Shown here one piece after another: positions 12,217 through 26,189 of a DNA stretch of 64,000 bases (its first letter is position 1; every line of letters begins with the position of its first letter). Source of the DNA: Mobula hypostoma (Eukaryota); contig NC_086126.1 in NCBI RefSeq assembly GCF_963921235.1, positions 18,166,001-18,230,000 of the forward strand, written 5' to 3'. The notes below the pieces were generated by a model. That model was not told the origin of the DNA. It did not search any database and saw only the letters and a list, made by a program, of their open reading frames with translations. Made by a program: the position numbers and the translations under genes.

Positions 12217-12895
12217 CATTCTGTTGTTTAACAAACCTGGACAACCCTCATCACCATCTCAGTACAGCACCACTTGGACCACTCTACACTGCAATGGACT
12301 CTTGTTCAAATTCTGTTACCTCTTCGTAATTCTGTAGAGTATATTTTTATTTCGTGAATGGTGTGTCTCTGAAACTGTGTATCTATGAATCTGCTGCAAG
12401 CAAGTTGCATATGACAATAAACGACTTTCAACCTCACACAGAAATGGGTCTCTCATGATGACAATTGGACCTTTGATCTCCTGCTGCCCTGTTTCATTAC
12501 ATAAACGTTTTATATTGTCGAGTGTGTGTTTTTCTCATTCCTTCTGCTTTGAGCCAAATGCCGAATACTGCTCCTGTGCCTTATGGTCCATTTTGTATGT
12601 TAGATTTCCTCCCTGCGGAATTAACCGGCAGCGGCAACTCACCGGATCAGCGCCAGTTCCCAGTCCGCAGTTTTACCCAAACGAACACGGGGCAGTCGAG
12701 AGAGAGTTCTGATTGTTTGTGCATGTGCCTTCAGATAGCCAATCAAATGATTTGACTGTATGAATAGATTCTTCAAATAGCCATTGGGAATTCAAGGCAT
12801 CCCATCCCTCATTAGCATACAGTTCTGGGCGCTGTCTATTTAATTCGTGCTACAAGCCAGTTCTGCTTTTTCAGGGTCTGAAACCGACGGAAGAA

Positions 12896-13043
12896 ATGCC
12901 TGAGCTTGCGAAATCCACTCCGAAGAAGGGCGCCAAGAAAGCTTTGCCCAAACCAGCGGGCAAGGCAGGGAAGAAGCGCAAGAGGCTGAGGAAGGAGAGT
13001 TACTCCATCGACATCTACAAAGTGATGAAGCAGGTTCACCCCG
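12896..13043 (+). pseudogene. H2B: Histone H2B pseudogene, 3'-truncated by deletion
   Basis: [15 protein letters not shown]...KVMKQVHP then loses homology; next bases match the spacer downstream of the intact H2B (2860 onward); no stem-loop; promoter retains ATTAGCAT 12811-12818 and TATTTAA 12837-12843. Confidence 0.9.
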
Positions 13044-13524
13044 TTCCTCCCACTGCACTGACACGGAATTGTTACCTCCCCATCCTCATCAGTCCGCCCT
13101 GCTGGTATCCATGTAGAGTGGAGGATTGCTGCCGTTGCTGTTTTAGCTGTGGGTTCAGGAGTTTATTAGTTACAGTTGGGTAACTTCTTTGAATATTATT
13201 TCAATGCGAGGCCGGAACGATTTCATGGTTCTTTCATAGAACAACATTTTAAAATTGCAGACTAGCCGCTGGTCACAGTTTGAGAAGAGCCGTTTGTCCA
13301 TAACCTGATAACGTTTACACGATGACCGACCGCGGGCAGAAGCTGAGGTTCAGTTTTACTGTTTCCGTTACGGGTTGAAAGAAATTCGAGAATTGAGTTC
13401 CCAGATATTTCAATATCAATTACACTTGCATTAAATGTGCCCAGTTTCAGTAACGGGGAAGTGCGAATACCTAATCGTCAAACAGATCAGCAATTATTTA
13501 ATTTCTGATTAAATTTGAACAATG

Positions 13525-14152
<628 letters not shown>

Positions 14153-14182
14153 AGCGACGTAAGCTGAACCTATTTACCCAAA

Positions 14183-14223
14183 GGCTCTTTTCAGAGCCAC
14201 TCATAGTGCCTGTGGAAGGGCTG
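14183..14223 (+). terminator. Histone 3' stem-loop and HDE (H2A)
   Basis: GGCTCTTTTCAGAGCC 14183-14198; GGAAGGGCTG 14214-14223. Confidence 0.92.
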
Positions 14224-15149
14224 AACTGTGGGTGATTTCCGTTCAGAGTAACTGGGTTGTGTATCTGTCACAGCCATGACAGGTCTCTCTCCGTCACATT
14301 TTTTTTCCGCGAAGTAAACCGATATGTATATATCTGCAAAGAAATCGGTCCTGACTCATTTCCCCTCTCTGCCTGCTCAATGGAGCTCTCTCCCCTTGCG
14401 TAGAGTCAGCGGGTTCACTCGGCCCGGGGTCGTGAAATTAATTTCCAGAGTCAGCCCCCCGGAAGGAGAATTTAATCTCCGATCATTGAACGATTCCGCT
14501 CTTCATGACCTGAAACCGCGTTGGCTGGGTTTCCCATTGCGGGTTGACCCTGGACCGTTCCGGTGCGCAGCAGACGGGAACACTGCCTGCTGATCGCTTC
14601 ATGAGCAATTCCCACCGCCTCACAGAACAATAATATTTGCAGCTTTACATTTATCTACAAAACTACATTTACCCTGTGGAACTGACAGTATTTACTGGAA
14701 ATCTCGTCCACCTGGGTCTCTGAAATATAAATGAATATTTTGTGAGAGAGTTTGGTCAGATCTCCCGAGTGGCTCCCTCTGTCAGGCGGTAGGTCGCTCT
14801 GAGAACAGTCTTTGGTTTGTGCCAGGGAGGGAGGGAGGGGGTGGGTGGGTGGATCGAGGTCTCCAGCACCGGAGGACCCGTCACTTGTCGAGTCTTATTT
14901 CCCACAAAGCGGTTCAGTGTTGCTCTGCCTCTAGTAGGAACTTCTGAATACTGATTGAGAAGAATCTCCTGGGCACATTGAATAAATTCTGATCCACCAA
15001 ACCCTTGGCATTACGGCTGTCCCAGTCAGCATGAGAGAAGTTGAAATGTCCCTCTATTACAACCTTGTCAACTCCTGATATTTGATGGCCAATAATACAA
15101 TCCCATCAAAACATCCCTTCCTTACTTCAATCCCATCAAAACATCCTAC

Positions 15150-17750
15150 AACACTAGAGCACCACATTACAGTACTGGCCTTTCAGCCCTCGATGTTGTG
15201 CCGACCCATAGATTCCTAAACCCACACTACCCCATAACCCTCAATATTTCTTTCATCCATGTCCCTGTCCAAGAGGCTCTTAAATTACCCCTAATGTTTT
15301 AGCCTCCACCACCATCCCTGGCAAGACATTCCAGGCACCCACAACCCTCTGTGTAAAAAAAACTTACCCCTGATGTCTGCCCTAAACTTCCCTCCCTTGA
15401 CTTTGTCCATATGCCCTCTGATGTTTGCTATCCCTTCCTTACTTCAATATTATTGGGACAATCTCCAAGTAATGCTGAGATGTTCTTCCTGATCAAGCAC
15501 ATCTCTTCCTCCTCTTCCCTCCACTCCATCATACCTGTAGCATTTGTACTGTGAAATGCTACAGGTATTTGTAGTATTTGTTGCCCCTTGCACAACCATT
15601 TATTGTTCGGGATATAATACCCCAGCCTCGTGCATGAATCCATGCCCGGGGCCATCTGCTGTTCATAAACAAATGACAGTACAGGAGGGGCCCTTTAGCC
15701 CATCTCTACATATTCCTGTGCCTGTCTGAGATTTCCTTAAATACTCCTGTGCTCTCTGCCTCTGCCACCACCCCTGACACTGCATTCAAAATCTCCACTA
15801 CTGTTTTCTTCACTTCCCTCCTCTGACATTAAATACATGCCTACTGGTAGAAGGCATTTCACTCCTGTGAAAAGTATTGCTAGCTATCTACACCAACTAT
15901 GACCTGCAAAATTCTACAAATTTCTATCAAATCTCTCCTCAGCCGATGCCACGACAGAAAAAAAGCTCCAGCATGTACAGCCTCTCCTCACCGTACACCA
16001 CCTCCAGACCAGACATCCTGGTAAACCACTTCTGCTCCTGCTCCAAAACCTCCACGTGCTTCCAATAATGAGGTGACCAGAACTGAACACTGTACTCTCA
16101 ATGTGGCCTCACCAGCTTTTAGAAACCTGTAACATAATGTCCTGGTGCTTGAACTCAATGCCTTGCCTGAGGAAGGCAAACATGCCATACATGACTTCAC
16201 CTCCCTGTCAACCTGTGTTCACAGTTTCAGTGAGACTGTATGCTTGGACCCCAACATCCTTCTCTTTGTCAATACTGTCAATGTTCCAACCATATCAGCA
16301 ATATCAATATCCTGCTGTATCGTTTGGAACTCTTCTGTGCAATGACAGTTCCACCAGTTTGTGTGCCATCTGCAAACTTACTCACCTACACAACCACATT
16401 TTTTATCCACATCATTTATATCACGAGTAACCGAGGTCCCAGTACAAACGTCTCTGGATCACGACTCATCACAGTCCTCCACCCAGAACAGGACCCATGC
16501 ACCACTAACCACTCCCTTCCATGGGAAAGACAATCAGCCACATCACTGTGGACCCATCCTAAACTCCTTGTTGAGCCTACCATGTGGGACCTTGTTGGAC
16601 ACCTCACCCTGTTTGATTTCAGCTTCCTAAACCTTACAAATGCTTTTTCCTCCTCCTTGACTAAATTAATTTCCTCTCTCATCATCCAAGGTTCCTGTAC
16701 CTTGCCGACCTTGACCCTCCCTCTCACTGGAACAAACTGGCCCTGAAACACTGTGCAGCTGGTCTTTAAACAAACTCCATGTCAGATGTGGATTTGCCTC
16801 AAAATCCATCCTTACAGCATTACTGTGCATGACATCAAACTCAGCTCCAATCTCTCCATTCAGTGACTGGTGTTCCGGTTCACATCCCCCTGTCAATCTC
16901 GTTTCAGCCCTCCCAGGGAGCAGCAATGAACCTCATGATCCTGACCGCCCTCCAGTGAAGGTGCAAACCATCCCTCTTGTACAGGTCACCAGAAGAGGTT
17001 CCAATGATCCAGAATCCTGAAACCTGCCCCTGCACCAGCTCCTCAGCCACACATTCATCTGCTCTAACTTTCTGTCCCTAACACCACTACCACACGGCAC
17101 TGGGATTTACCCGGAGATTACAACCCTTCAGGTCCCGCTCTTTAACTTCTTCCCTAACTCTCTATATTCACTGTGTGGCACCCCTTCCCTTTTCTGCCTG
17201 TCCATTAGAAACTGACATCAACCACCACCTCTGGCTGAATGAACACTGGCCCCCCGTTCTGTATCTGCTCTGAGACGTCCCTGACTCTGGCACCAGGGAG
17301 GCAACACAGGATCATTTTGTGGATCCAGAGTCTCTCACTGACCTCCAACAACTCATCTATCGATTTACACAGAATGATCACCCTGGCTGACAGCCCTCAC
17401 CCGGTAAGCTTCAGAGCCAGTCTCAGTGACAGGACATCCCCCAGCAGTAGCAAAAAGAGGTTCAGTGTTACTGAGGGGAATGGCCACAGGAGCTTGCTGT
17501 ACTGAGGGCCTGTTCCCGTTACCTCTCCTCGCAGTCACTCAGCTACCTGCTGCCTGTACCTTAGGAGAGACCACCTCACTGAAACTCCAATCTATAATAC
17601 ACTCAGTGCCCTGTCTGGTCCTCAGTATATCCGCCTTCAGCTCCACTTCCTTCATACAGTCAGTGAGGAGCTGCATCTGGGTGCACATCCCACAGTGTAG
17701 TCCTCAGCAACAGTGAGTCTCATTTGTGTCACAAGGCCCACAGGGTGAAC
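15150..17750 (-). mobile_element. Decayed CR1 LINE fragments
   Basis: Reverse-strand CR1 3' end (15150-15430), RT remnants and upstream ORF1-like region resembling 46525-50240. Confidence 0.65.
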
Positions 17751-17781
17751 ACACAAGTGCCCCAGCAAATTACTCCACTGT

Positions 17782-18738
17782 AAACACGAGGAATTCTGCA
17801 GATGCTGGAATTTCAAGCAACACACATCAAAGTTGCTGGTGAATGCTGCAGGCCAGGCAGCATCTCTAGGAAAAGGTACAGTCGACGTTTCAGGCCGAGA
17901 CCCTTCGTCACGACTAACTAAAGAAGAGCTTGTAAGAGATTTGAAAGTGGAATCGGGGGGGAGAGATCCAAAATGTCAGGAGAAGACGGGAGGGGGAGGG
18001 ATGGAGCCAAGAGCTGGACAAGTGATTGGCAAAAGGGATATGAGAGGATCATGGGACAGGAGGCCCAGGGAGAAGGAAAAGGGGGAGGAGGGGGGGAAAA
18101 CCCAGAGAATGAGCAAGGGGCATAGTCAGAGAGACAGAGGGAGAAAAAGGAGAGAGAGAAAAAGAATGTGTGTATATAAATAAATAATGGATGGGGTATG
18201 ATTTTAATTCCACATCCCATTCCAGCATGTCTAACCATGGCCTCCTCTACTGTAAAGATGAAGCCACACTCAGGTTGGAGGAACAACATATTCCGTCTGG
18301 GTAGACTTCAACCTGATGGCATGAACATTGACTTCTCTAACTTCCGCTAATGCCCCACCTCCCCCTCATACCCCATCCGTTATTTATCTGAATACAGACA
18401 TTCTTTTTCTCTCTCTCTCCTTTTTCTCCCTCTGTCCCTCTGACTATACCCCTTGCCCATCCTCTGGGTTCACCCCCACTCCCCCTTTTCCTTCTCCCTG
18501 GGCCTCCTGTCCCATGATCCTCTCATATCCCTTTTGCCAATCACCTATCCAGCTCTTGGCTCAATCCCTCCCCCTTCTGTCTTCTCCTATCATTTTGGAT
18601 CTCCCCCTCCCACTTTCAAATCTCTTACTAGCTCTTCCTTCAGTTCATCCTGATGAAGGGTCTCGGCCCGAAACGTCAACTGTACCTCTTCCTAGAGATG
18701 CTGTCTGGCCTGCTGCGTTCACCAGCAACTTTGATGTG
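17782..18738. mobile_element. Penelope-like insertion with ~380-bp inverted arms and 14-bp TSD
   Basis: Arms ~17820-18200 and ~18365-18738 are reverse complements; spacer carries the endonuclease C-terminus (LRLEEQH...QPDGMNIDFSNF); TSD AATTACTCCACTGT 17768-17781 / AATTACTCCAGTGT 18739-18752. Confidence 0.88.
18641..18682 (+). ncRNA. Minimal hammerhead ribozyme motif (core intact, stem I altered)
   Basis: CTGATGA-A-GGGT-CTCG-GCCC-GAAAC-GTC-AACTG. Confidence 0.6.
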
Positions 18739-19099
18739 AATTACTCCAGTGTCCTCATTCTGAGTACAGCAGGAAAGCACAACTTATCAGTCTGTCTTCT
18801 CAGCTTCCTCTCACTGAAGCCTCGCAAGCAAACGTTTCAACTCACCAGCGTTACATTCTTCATCTTCACCTTAAATATTACCTCATCATTGTGGGCCAAC
18901 GGTCCTATTGTCCTGTACTGTTCAATGTTTTTCTCCCTAGGTACTAAATTTTAGACATCACTGCTATGGGGAAAGCTTCTCACTGTCTGTCCTAACAACA
19001 CCCCTCACAATCTTGTACACCCTCTCAGATTCTGCTCCTTTCCAAGGAAAGCAAACTCAAACCTTCCAATCTCACGTCATTGATTGGAAGGGGACACTA

Positions 19100-20970
19100 A
19101 CAGGGATGATGGCAGACTAGCAGTGGCTTGAATTTCTGGGGGCAAGTTGGATGGTGCAGGATAGATAGTTCCCTTGTAGAAGAAGTAGTATTCTACAGTC
19201 AGGATAATGCAGTTTTGACAATGGAAATCTTTACCCAACATATAAGCCAAAGACAAAATTGGAGCTAAAATTAGTGGGAAGTTAGAGAATTGGGAAGCTT
19301 TTTAAAACCAGCAAAGTCAAGTGAAAAGCCATAATGAGGGGTAAAAGATGGAATATGAAGGTAAGGTAGCCAATAGTAGTAAAGAGGATACCAAACATTT
19401 ACTCAGATATATGAAGAACAAAATGGAATTGAGAGTAGATATCAGAGCACAGAAAGCTGATGCTGGAGAGGTAGTAACATGGTACAGGGAAATGACAGAC
19501 AACCTGAATAAGTATTTTGCATCAGTCTTCACTGTGGATGACAAAAGCAGTATGCTGGAAGTTCAAAAGAGTCAGAGGGCAGAAGTGAGTGAAGTAGCCA
19601 TTACTAGAAGGTGTTTGTAAACCTGAAAGATCTGAAGGTAGATAAATCACTGGGACCAGATTGTCTACAACAGTGCTATGAAAGTGCTGCTTGAAGAGAT
19701 TGTGGAGGCATTTGAAATGATTCTCCAAGAATCACTGGATTCTGACATGGTTCCAGAGGACAGGAAAATTACAAATGTCACTCCACTCTTAAAGAAGGGA
19801 GGGAAGCAGATGCTAGAAAATCACAGGCCAGTTAGTCTGACCTCAATGGCTGCAGAGATGTTGGAGTCGATTGTCAAGGACGTGTTTTTGGGGTACTTTA
19901 AGGCACATGATAAGATGAGCCATAGTCAGCATGGTTTCCTTGAGAGAAAATCTTGGCTGCCAAATGATTTTAAATTCTTTGAAGAAATAACAAGCAAGAT
20001 AGACAACAGAGAATCAGTGGATGGGTGGGTGTTGTTTACTTGGATTTTCAGTAGACATTTGACAAGGTGCTACACATGAGGCTGCTTAACAAGTGAAGAG
20101 CTCATGATGTTACAGGAAAGATACAGGCTGATTTCCAGGAGTCAGAGTGGTAATAAAATGAGCCTTTGCTGGTTAGCTGCAGTGTTCTACAGGGATCATT
20201 TTTAGGACAGCTTCTTTTTACGCTATATGTCAATAATAATTTGAATAGCGAAATTGATGGCTTTGTGGCCACGTTTTTGGACATTACAAAAATAGATGGA
20301 GGGGCAAATAGTGCTGAGGAAGCAGAGAGGCTACAGAAGGTCTTAGACAGATTAGGAGAATGGATACTTAATGGCAGATGGGATACAGTGTCGAGAGGAC
20401 TAGAATAGAAGAGCCAAAGATGTAATGTTGAGGCTTTATGAGGCTCTGGTAAGGACTCACTTGGAGTTTTGTGAGCAATTCTAGGCCCTTATCTAAGAAA
20501 GGGTGTGAAGGTTCAGAGGACGTTCACAAGAATGACTCTGGCATTGAAAGGGTTATCATATGAAGACCATTTAATTGCTGTGGGCCTATACTCACCAGAA
20601 TTCAGACGAATGAGAGGAATCTCATTGAAACCTCTTGAATGTTGAAAGGCCGTGGTCAAGTGAATAATGAGATGACGTTTCCAATGGATGGGGAGGCTAG
20701 GATCAGAGGCATGGCCTCAGAATAGAGGGACTTTTGAACAGAGATGAGGAGGAATTTCCTGCCAGAGAGTGGAATTTGTTGCCAGAGGCTAATGTCGAGG
20801 CTGTCATTGAGTATATTTGAGGCAGAGGCTGATGGTTTCTTGATTATTCAGGGCATGATGGATTACAGGGACTAATCAGGAGATTGGGGCTGACAGGGAA
20901 ATGGATGAAATGGCAGAGCAGACTCAATGGGCCAAAGTGACTAATTCTGCTCCTGTATTTTATGGGCTTA
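19100..20970 (+). mobile_element. Decayed CR1 LINE
   Basis: ORFs with LNKYFASVFT, NVTPLLKKGG..NHRPVSLTS, SQHGFL, QGSFLGQLLF. Confidence 0.85.
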
Positions 20971-21419
20971 CAATGGAAGAGCTCCATCCCAGACAACAAT
21001 TGGTAAATCTGCTCTACACTGTCCGGCAGGTTCATTCTGCTCCCGGGGATTGGCAGGGGGATGGGGACAAGAGCACCAGGTCACAGATTACAGTGCAATC
21101 ATGTTCGTCCTACAGTGTGTCCACCAGAACAGCACCCAGTATGCAGTGGTGTGGGAAACCAAATATTATCAAGCTGGTGCCTGACACATCTTTGTTAATC
21201 TGCTATCTCTTTACTTTCTGCCATTAACTCCGCACCATCTCCTACTCACTGTGCTTTACCAATTAAGCTAAAATTCTCAGCAATAAATTGATTCATATTA
21301 AATATCTCAGCATTAGTTTTTCTATCTGTCCAGCTTCATACTTCGCTCATTTCAATTTACCACATCTTTATTGTTTTCTTTTACAAGAGGTTCATTCTCC
21401 CTCCCAATTACAGATTCTT

Positions 21420-24400
21420 TTCCAATCTTTTTATTAATATCAAAATATTAAACAGAACATAGTATTAATACAAAGCTATCGGGATAATATTGTTAATGAT
21501 TAGCAGCTATAAATATAAACTCAGTTAACACACGAATATTAAACCTCCCAAAAACTCTCAAAATACAAATATAAGGAAAAAAAAGTAGAAACAATATGAA
21601 AAAAAGAAAAAAAAACAAGTGCCCCAAAATACAAATTAATCTAAACAATACTAATCAACTAAACTAAAGAAAAGAAAAAGACATGGGCTGTTGTGTTACA
21701 TCAAATAAGACCATTAGTGTCAATAACTCCGCTCCTCTCTCCTTATATTTGAAAGTAATAGAATAGGTTTGGAAAAGGTCAAATTACATCATATGTAAGT
21801 GTTGAATAAATGGCCTCCAGGACTTTTCGAATTTAATAGAAGGATCATAAATGACACTTCTAATTTTTTCAAAGTTTAAACACAACATAGTTCGAGAGAA
21901 CCAATGAAATGTAGTGGGAGGTGTAATCTCCTTCCAATTCAGCAAAATGGATCTTCTCGCCATTAACGTAACAAATGCAATTATCTGACGAGCTGAAGAG
22001 GTTAAATGATTTGGTTCTATCATTGATAAACCAAAAATTGCAGTAATAGGGTGAGGTTGTAAATCAATACTCAGGACAGTTGAAATAATAGCAAAGATAT
22101 CTTTCCAATAATTTTTCAAAGAAGGACATGACCAGAACATATGAGTTAAAGAAACAATCTCTAAGTGAGATCTATCATATACATGATTTATATGAGAGTA
22201 ATAACGAGCCAGTTTATCTTTAGACATATGGGCCCTATGTACTACTTTAAACTGTATCAGTGCATGTTTAGCACATATAGAGGAAGAACTAACTAATTGA
22301 AAAATTTTTTTTCTATTTTTCAATAGGTAAAGTAATCTTAAATTCCCTTTCCCAATCATTCTTAATTTTATTAGATAAGTCTGGACGTATTTTCATAATT
22401 ATATTATAAATAGTTGCTATTGCACCTTTCTGAAATAGATTTAAATTAATTTTTTTTCCAAAATATTTGTTGGATCTAGATTCAGAAAGGGAGGAAGAAC
22501 AATATTTGAAAAGTTTCTAATCTGTAAATATCTAAAGAAATAGGATCTAGGCAAATTATATTTATTAGGTAATTGTTCAAAGGACATGAAACAATTATCC
22601 AAAAATACATCAGAAAATCATAATATACCTCCGATTTTCCAAAACAAATAGGCTTGATCCATAATAGAGGGATCAAAAAATATATTAGATATAATACGGC
22701 TTGCTAGAATAAATTGATTCAACCCAAAAAAATTTCGAAATTGGAACCATATTCGTAAAGTGTGCTATTGGATTATCCATTTGTCAATGCAATTTAGAAA
22801 GAACAAAGGGAAGCAAAGTCCGTAAAACCCAATTTCCCTCGGGATCAATAAAGTATTGATCTATCTATCTATCTAAAATAGATCCCAATGAAAACCCTTG
22901 TACAGATTTACATTCAAGATTTACCTAATGTAGACTTGAAATTAAGTCCGAGTCCCATGTCCAAAATTTTAAATGTCGAATATTAATTGCTCAATAGTAA
23001 AATCTGAAGTTCAGCAATGCCAGACCACCCTCCTTTTCAGACTTCTGTAAATATTTTTTACCTAACCTAGGATTTTTATTCTGCCATATATATGAAGATG
23101 TTTTAGAATCAACATTATCAAAAAAGGATTTCATAATAAAAATTGGCACCGCTTGAAATAAATAAGAATTTAGATAAAATAATCATCTTGATAGCATTGA
23201 TCCGACCTATCAATGACAGACGTTGGTGACCATTTCGTAAACAGATGTTTAGTCGGATCAATTAAAGGTAAAAAATTAGCCTTAAATAAATCCAAGATAT
23301 AAATATCGGACTAAAATTAAATTTCTCAAGCACACTAAATAAATATGGCCATTCAACTCTGTCAAAGGCTTTCTCAGCATCCAATGAAATAACACAATCT
23401 GGAGTTCTAAGTGAAGGAGTATAAACAATATTCTTTAATCTCCTAATATTAAAAAATGAATAACGATTTTTAGTAAATCCTGTTTGGTCCACAGAGATAA
23501 TTTGAGGCAATATCTTCTTTAACCTAGTTGCTAATATTTTAGAAAAAATCTTAGAATCTACATTCAGCAGGGATATTGGTCTATATGATGCACCGTCCGT
23601 AGGATCTTCTTTTTTAAGAATTAAAGAAATAGAAGCTCCGCAAAATGATTGTGGTCATTTACCTATTCTAATTGCTTCTTTAAAAACTCTACACAACCAA
23701 GGAGAAAGAATAGAAGAAAAAGACTTAAAGAATTCTACAGTATAACCATCTGGACCAGATGCTTTGCCTGAGTTCATAGACGAAATAACCCCCTGTATTT
23801 CTCCATCCGTAATAGGAATTTTTAATGTTAAACATTCCTCGGATGATAGTTTCAGAAAGTTCAATTTCCTTAAAAGGTCATGCATTGTATTGGGATTATG
23901 AGGAAGTTCTGAGTAATATAGAGAAGTGTAAAATTCCTGAAAGGATTTGTTTATCTCTTCATGATCAACTGTCAAAGTACCATCATGTTTACAAATCTTA
24001 ATAATTTGACGTTTAACCAAAGCAGTTTTCAATTGATTAGCTAATAATTTACCCAATTTATCACTATGTATATAAAACTCACTTCTGGTTTTCATTAGTT
24101 GATTTTCAATCAAAGATGTTAGTAATAAGCTATGTTCCATTTGGAGTTCGACTCTGTTTATGAAACTCCTTACTAGGAGCAGTGTAATATTTCTTATCAA
24201 TTTTTCTAATCTTGTCAAGTAACACAAGTATTTCATTCTCAATATGTTTTTTCAATCCAATAGAATAGGATATAATCTGTCCATGGATATATGCTTTAAA
24301 AGTGTCCCATAATATCCCGCTGGAAATTTCTTCCATAATATTATTTGAAAAGAAGAAATCAATCTGTTCCTTGATAAATTTAATGAATTCTGAATCTTGA

Positions 24401-25650
24401 AGCAGATTGGAATTAAACCGCTATTGTCCAGTATTAGAAGATGTATCGATTAACTTGATAGAAAGTTTCATTGGTGCATGATCAGAAATGGAAATAATGT
24501 CATAGTTACAGTCAATCACAGAAGGAATTAAACGAGAATCAATAAAAAGCAGTCAGTTCTAGAATAAGTATGATATACATGTGAGAAGAATGAAAATTCT
24601 TTATCCTTTGAGTGTAGAAATTTCCAAATTTCTAAATTTTTGTAATTCCAGTGTTACATACCCCGTGACGGGAATAAAGAACCAGCAGAGATGGAAAACA
24701 CTTTGGAGTCCAGTATTGCTACTAACTAATAATATTTATTAGTAACTACGCAATACAGTAAAATAAATGTAGATAAATCAAACAGGTTAGCAATGATTTA
24801 TATATATCAGTAAGTGTGGAAATATATGTATGAAAAACCAAGCTTCTTAAAGTCTAGGGGTAAAAGGATACAGTCTTACAATGATGAGTAAAGTTCAGTT
24901 CAATTGTTCGTGGTATTTATGTAGTGATGGAGAGAGAGAGGGAGATATTTGAGTCTTCAGGTGAGCTGATGCCGTCGATCTTCTTGTTGTCCTTCGAAAT
25001 CCTTTAAAGGTCACCGACTGTGACTTTAACAAAGGGGACCAGTTTTCTGTGGTGGAGCTATCCCCCAGGCAAGGGTGGACACATGGACAACTCCCCGCCA
25101 GTCAACACTTTTCCTCTTTCCACTGCAAGAGCGACAGATCGATCCTCCAAACCCACATTTCCTGCGGGCACAACAATGCTCATTCAGTGTCCTGAACATG
25201 TGTCTGTTCTATCATCTGACCTCCTATTTTATCTTCCCGTGCTGAGCGTCAACTGTCACTCAAATAATTCCTCCTTCCTTACTCTGTGAAGAAATGCACA
25301 AGCAAACGAACTGTGCTTCAGAAGTATCAACAACCTGTCTTCGGTCACCATAGCAACTTACAAGCTGCTCGGTGCCATCTCTCTCTCTCGAACTCAGCAG
25401 AAATCCAAAAGTTAACCAGTTCTTTCTCGTGCCTTAAAGTGACAGTCCAACAGTTAGTCTTCGTCTCTCTCTCTCTCTCTCTCTCAAAACAAGATGTCGG
25501 TGTTAAATAACTCTCTCTCTTTTCAAAAGCACAGTTGATAGGGGTAACTCAGGACCCCATCACACCAGATTCAATCATAAAAGAGTTGATAAGACGAGCC
25601 AACATATTCGGTAAAGCCTGACTAGATATAGATCTATCCATCAAAGGATT
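21420..25650 (-). mobile_element. Decayed L1-clade LINE ORF2 (endonuclease, RT, C-terminal region), interrupted by an LTR
   Basis: SGKASGPDGYTVEFFK, ISLDAEKAFDRVEWPYL, LIQFKVVHRAH...THMFWSCP; A-rich sense strand; T-rich tail near 21420-21433 on +. Confidence 0.88.
24652..25564. mobile_element. Solo LTR (913 bp) with 4-bp TSD
   Basis: TGTTAC...ATCACA termini; CCAG at 24648-24651 and 25565-25568; L1 endonuclease sequence rejoins across it (INSFMIESGIT). Confidence 0.85.
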
Positions 25651-25656
25651 TAAACT

Positions 25657-25832
25657 GGGGTCCCCAACCTTTTTGGCACTGCAGACCGGTTTAATAGTGA
25701 CAATATTCTTGCGGACCGGCCGACCGGGGGGTTGGTTTGGGGGGTAGGGTTGCCAATGGAGAAGAATAGCAGTCAACTACGTTGTGTTTACCCCGAGAAA
25801 GACTACGACCATGAAGCCTTGCGCAGGCACCA
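25657..25832 (-). mobile_element. Single end of a Charlie-type hAT element
   Basis: CTGGGGTCCCCAACCTTTT TIR; similar to the reverse complement of 53165-53304. Confidence 0.75.
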
Positions 25833-26189
25833 GTATGCTGAACTCGCTGCCCTGTGGAAGAATGGGAGGTGATGGAATGGGCCACAGAGGTGATGAGACG
25901 AGCTGCTCCTTGTTCTCTGCCATTGCCATGTGGATGTGGGAGGGGACTGGTGGACCTGACTGCGCCTCCACTGTGAACATCGGCTTCTTTTCTTCCTGCC
26001 TGCTGACCGGTAACAGTGAGTGTCCGTCTGAGTTTCAACACACAACACACGTGGGACAGTCCAGCACAGGGAAAGGCCCTTCAGCCCACAGTGTCTGTAC
26101 TGACCACAACCGATCCCATCTGGCTGAACATGTCCATATCCCTCCAGTCCCTGGCTGTTCGTGCCTGACCAAACACTTCCTCAACTTTA

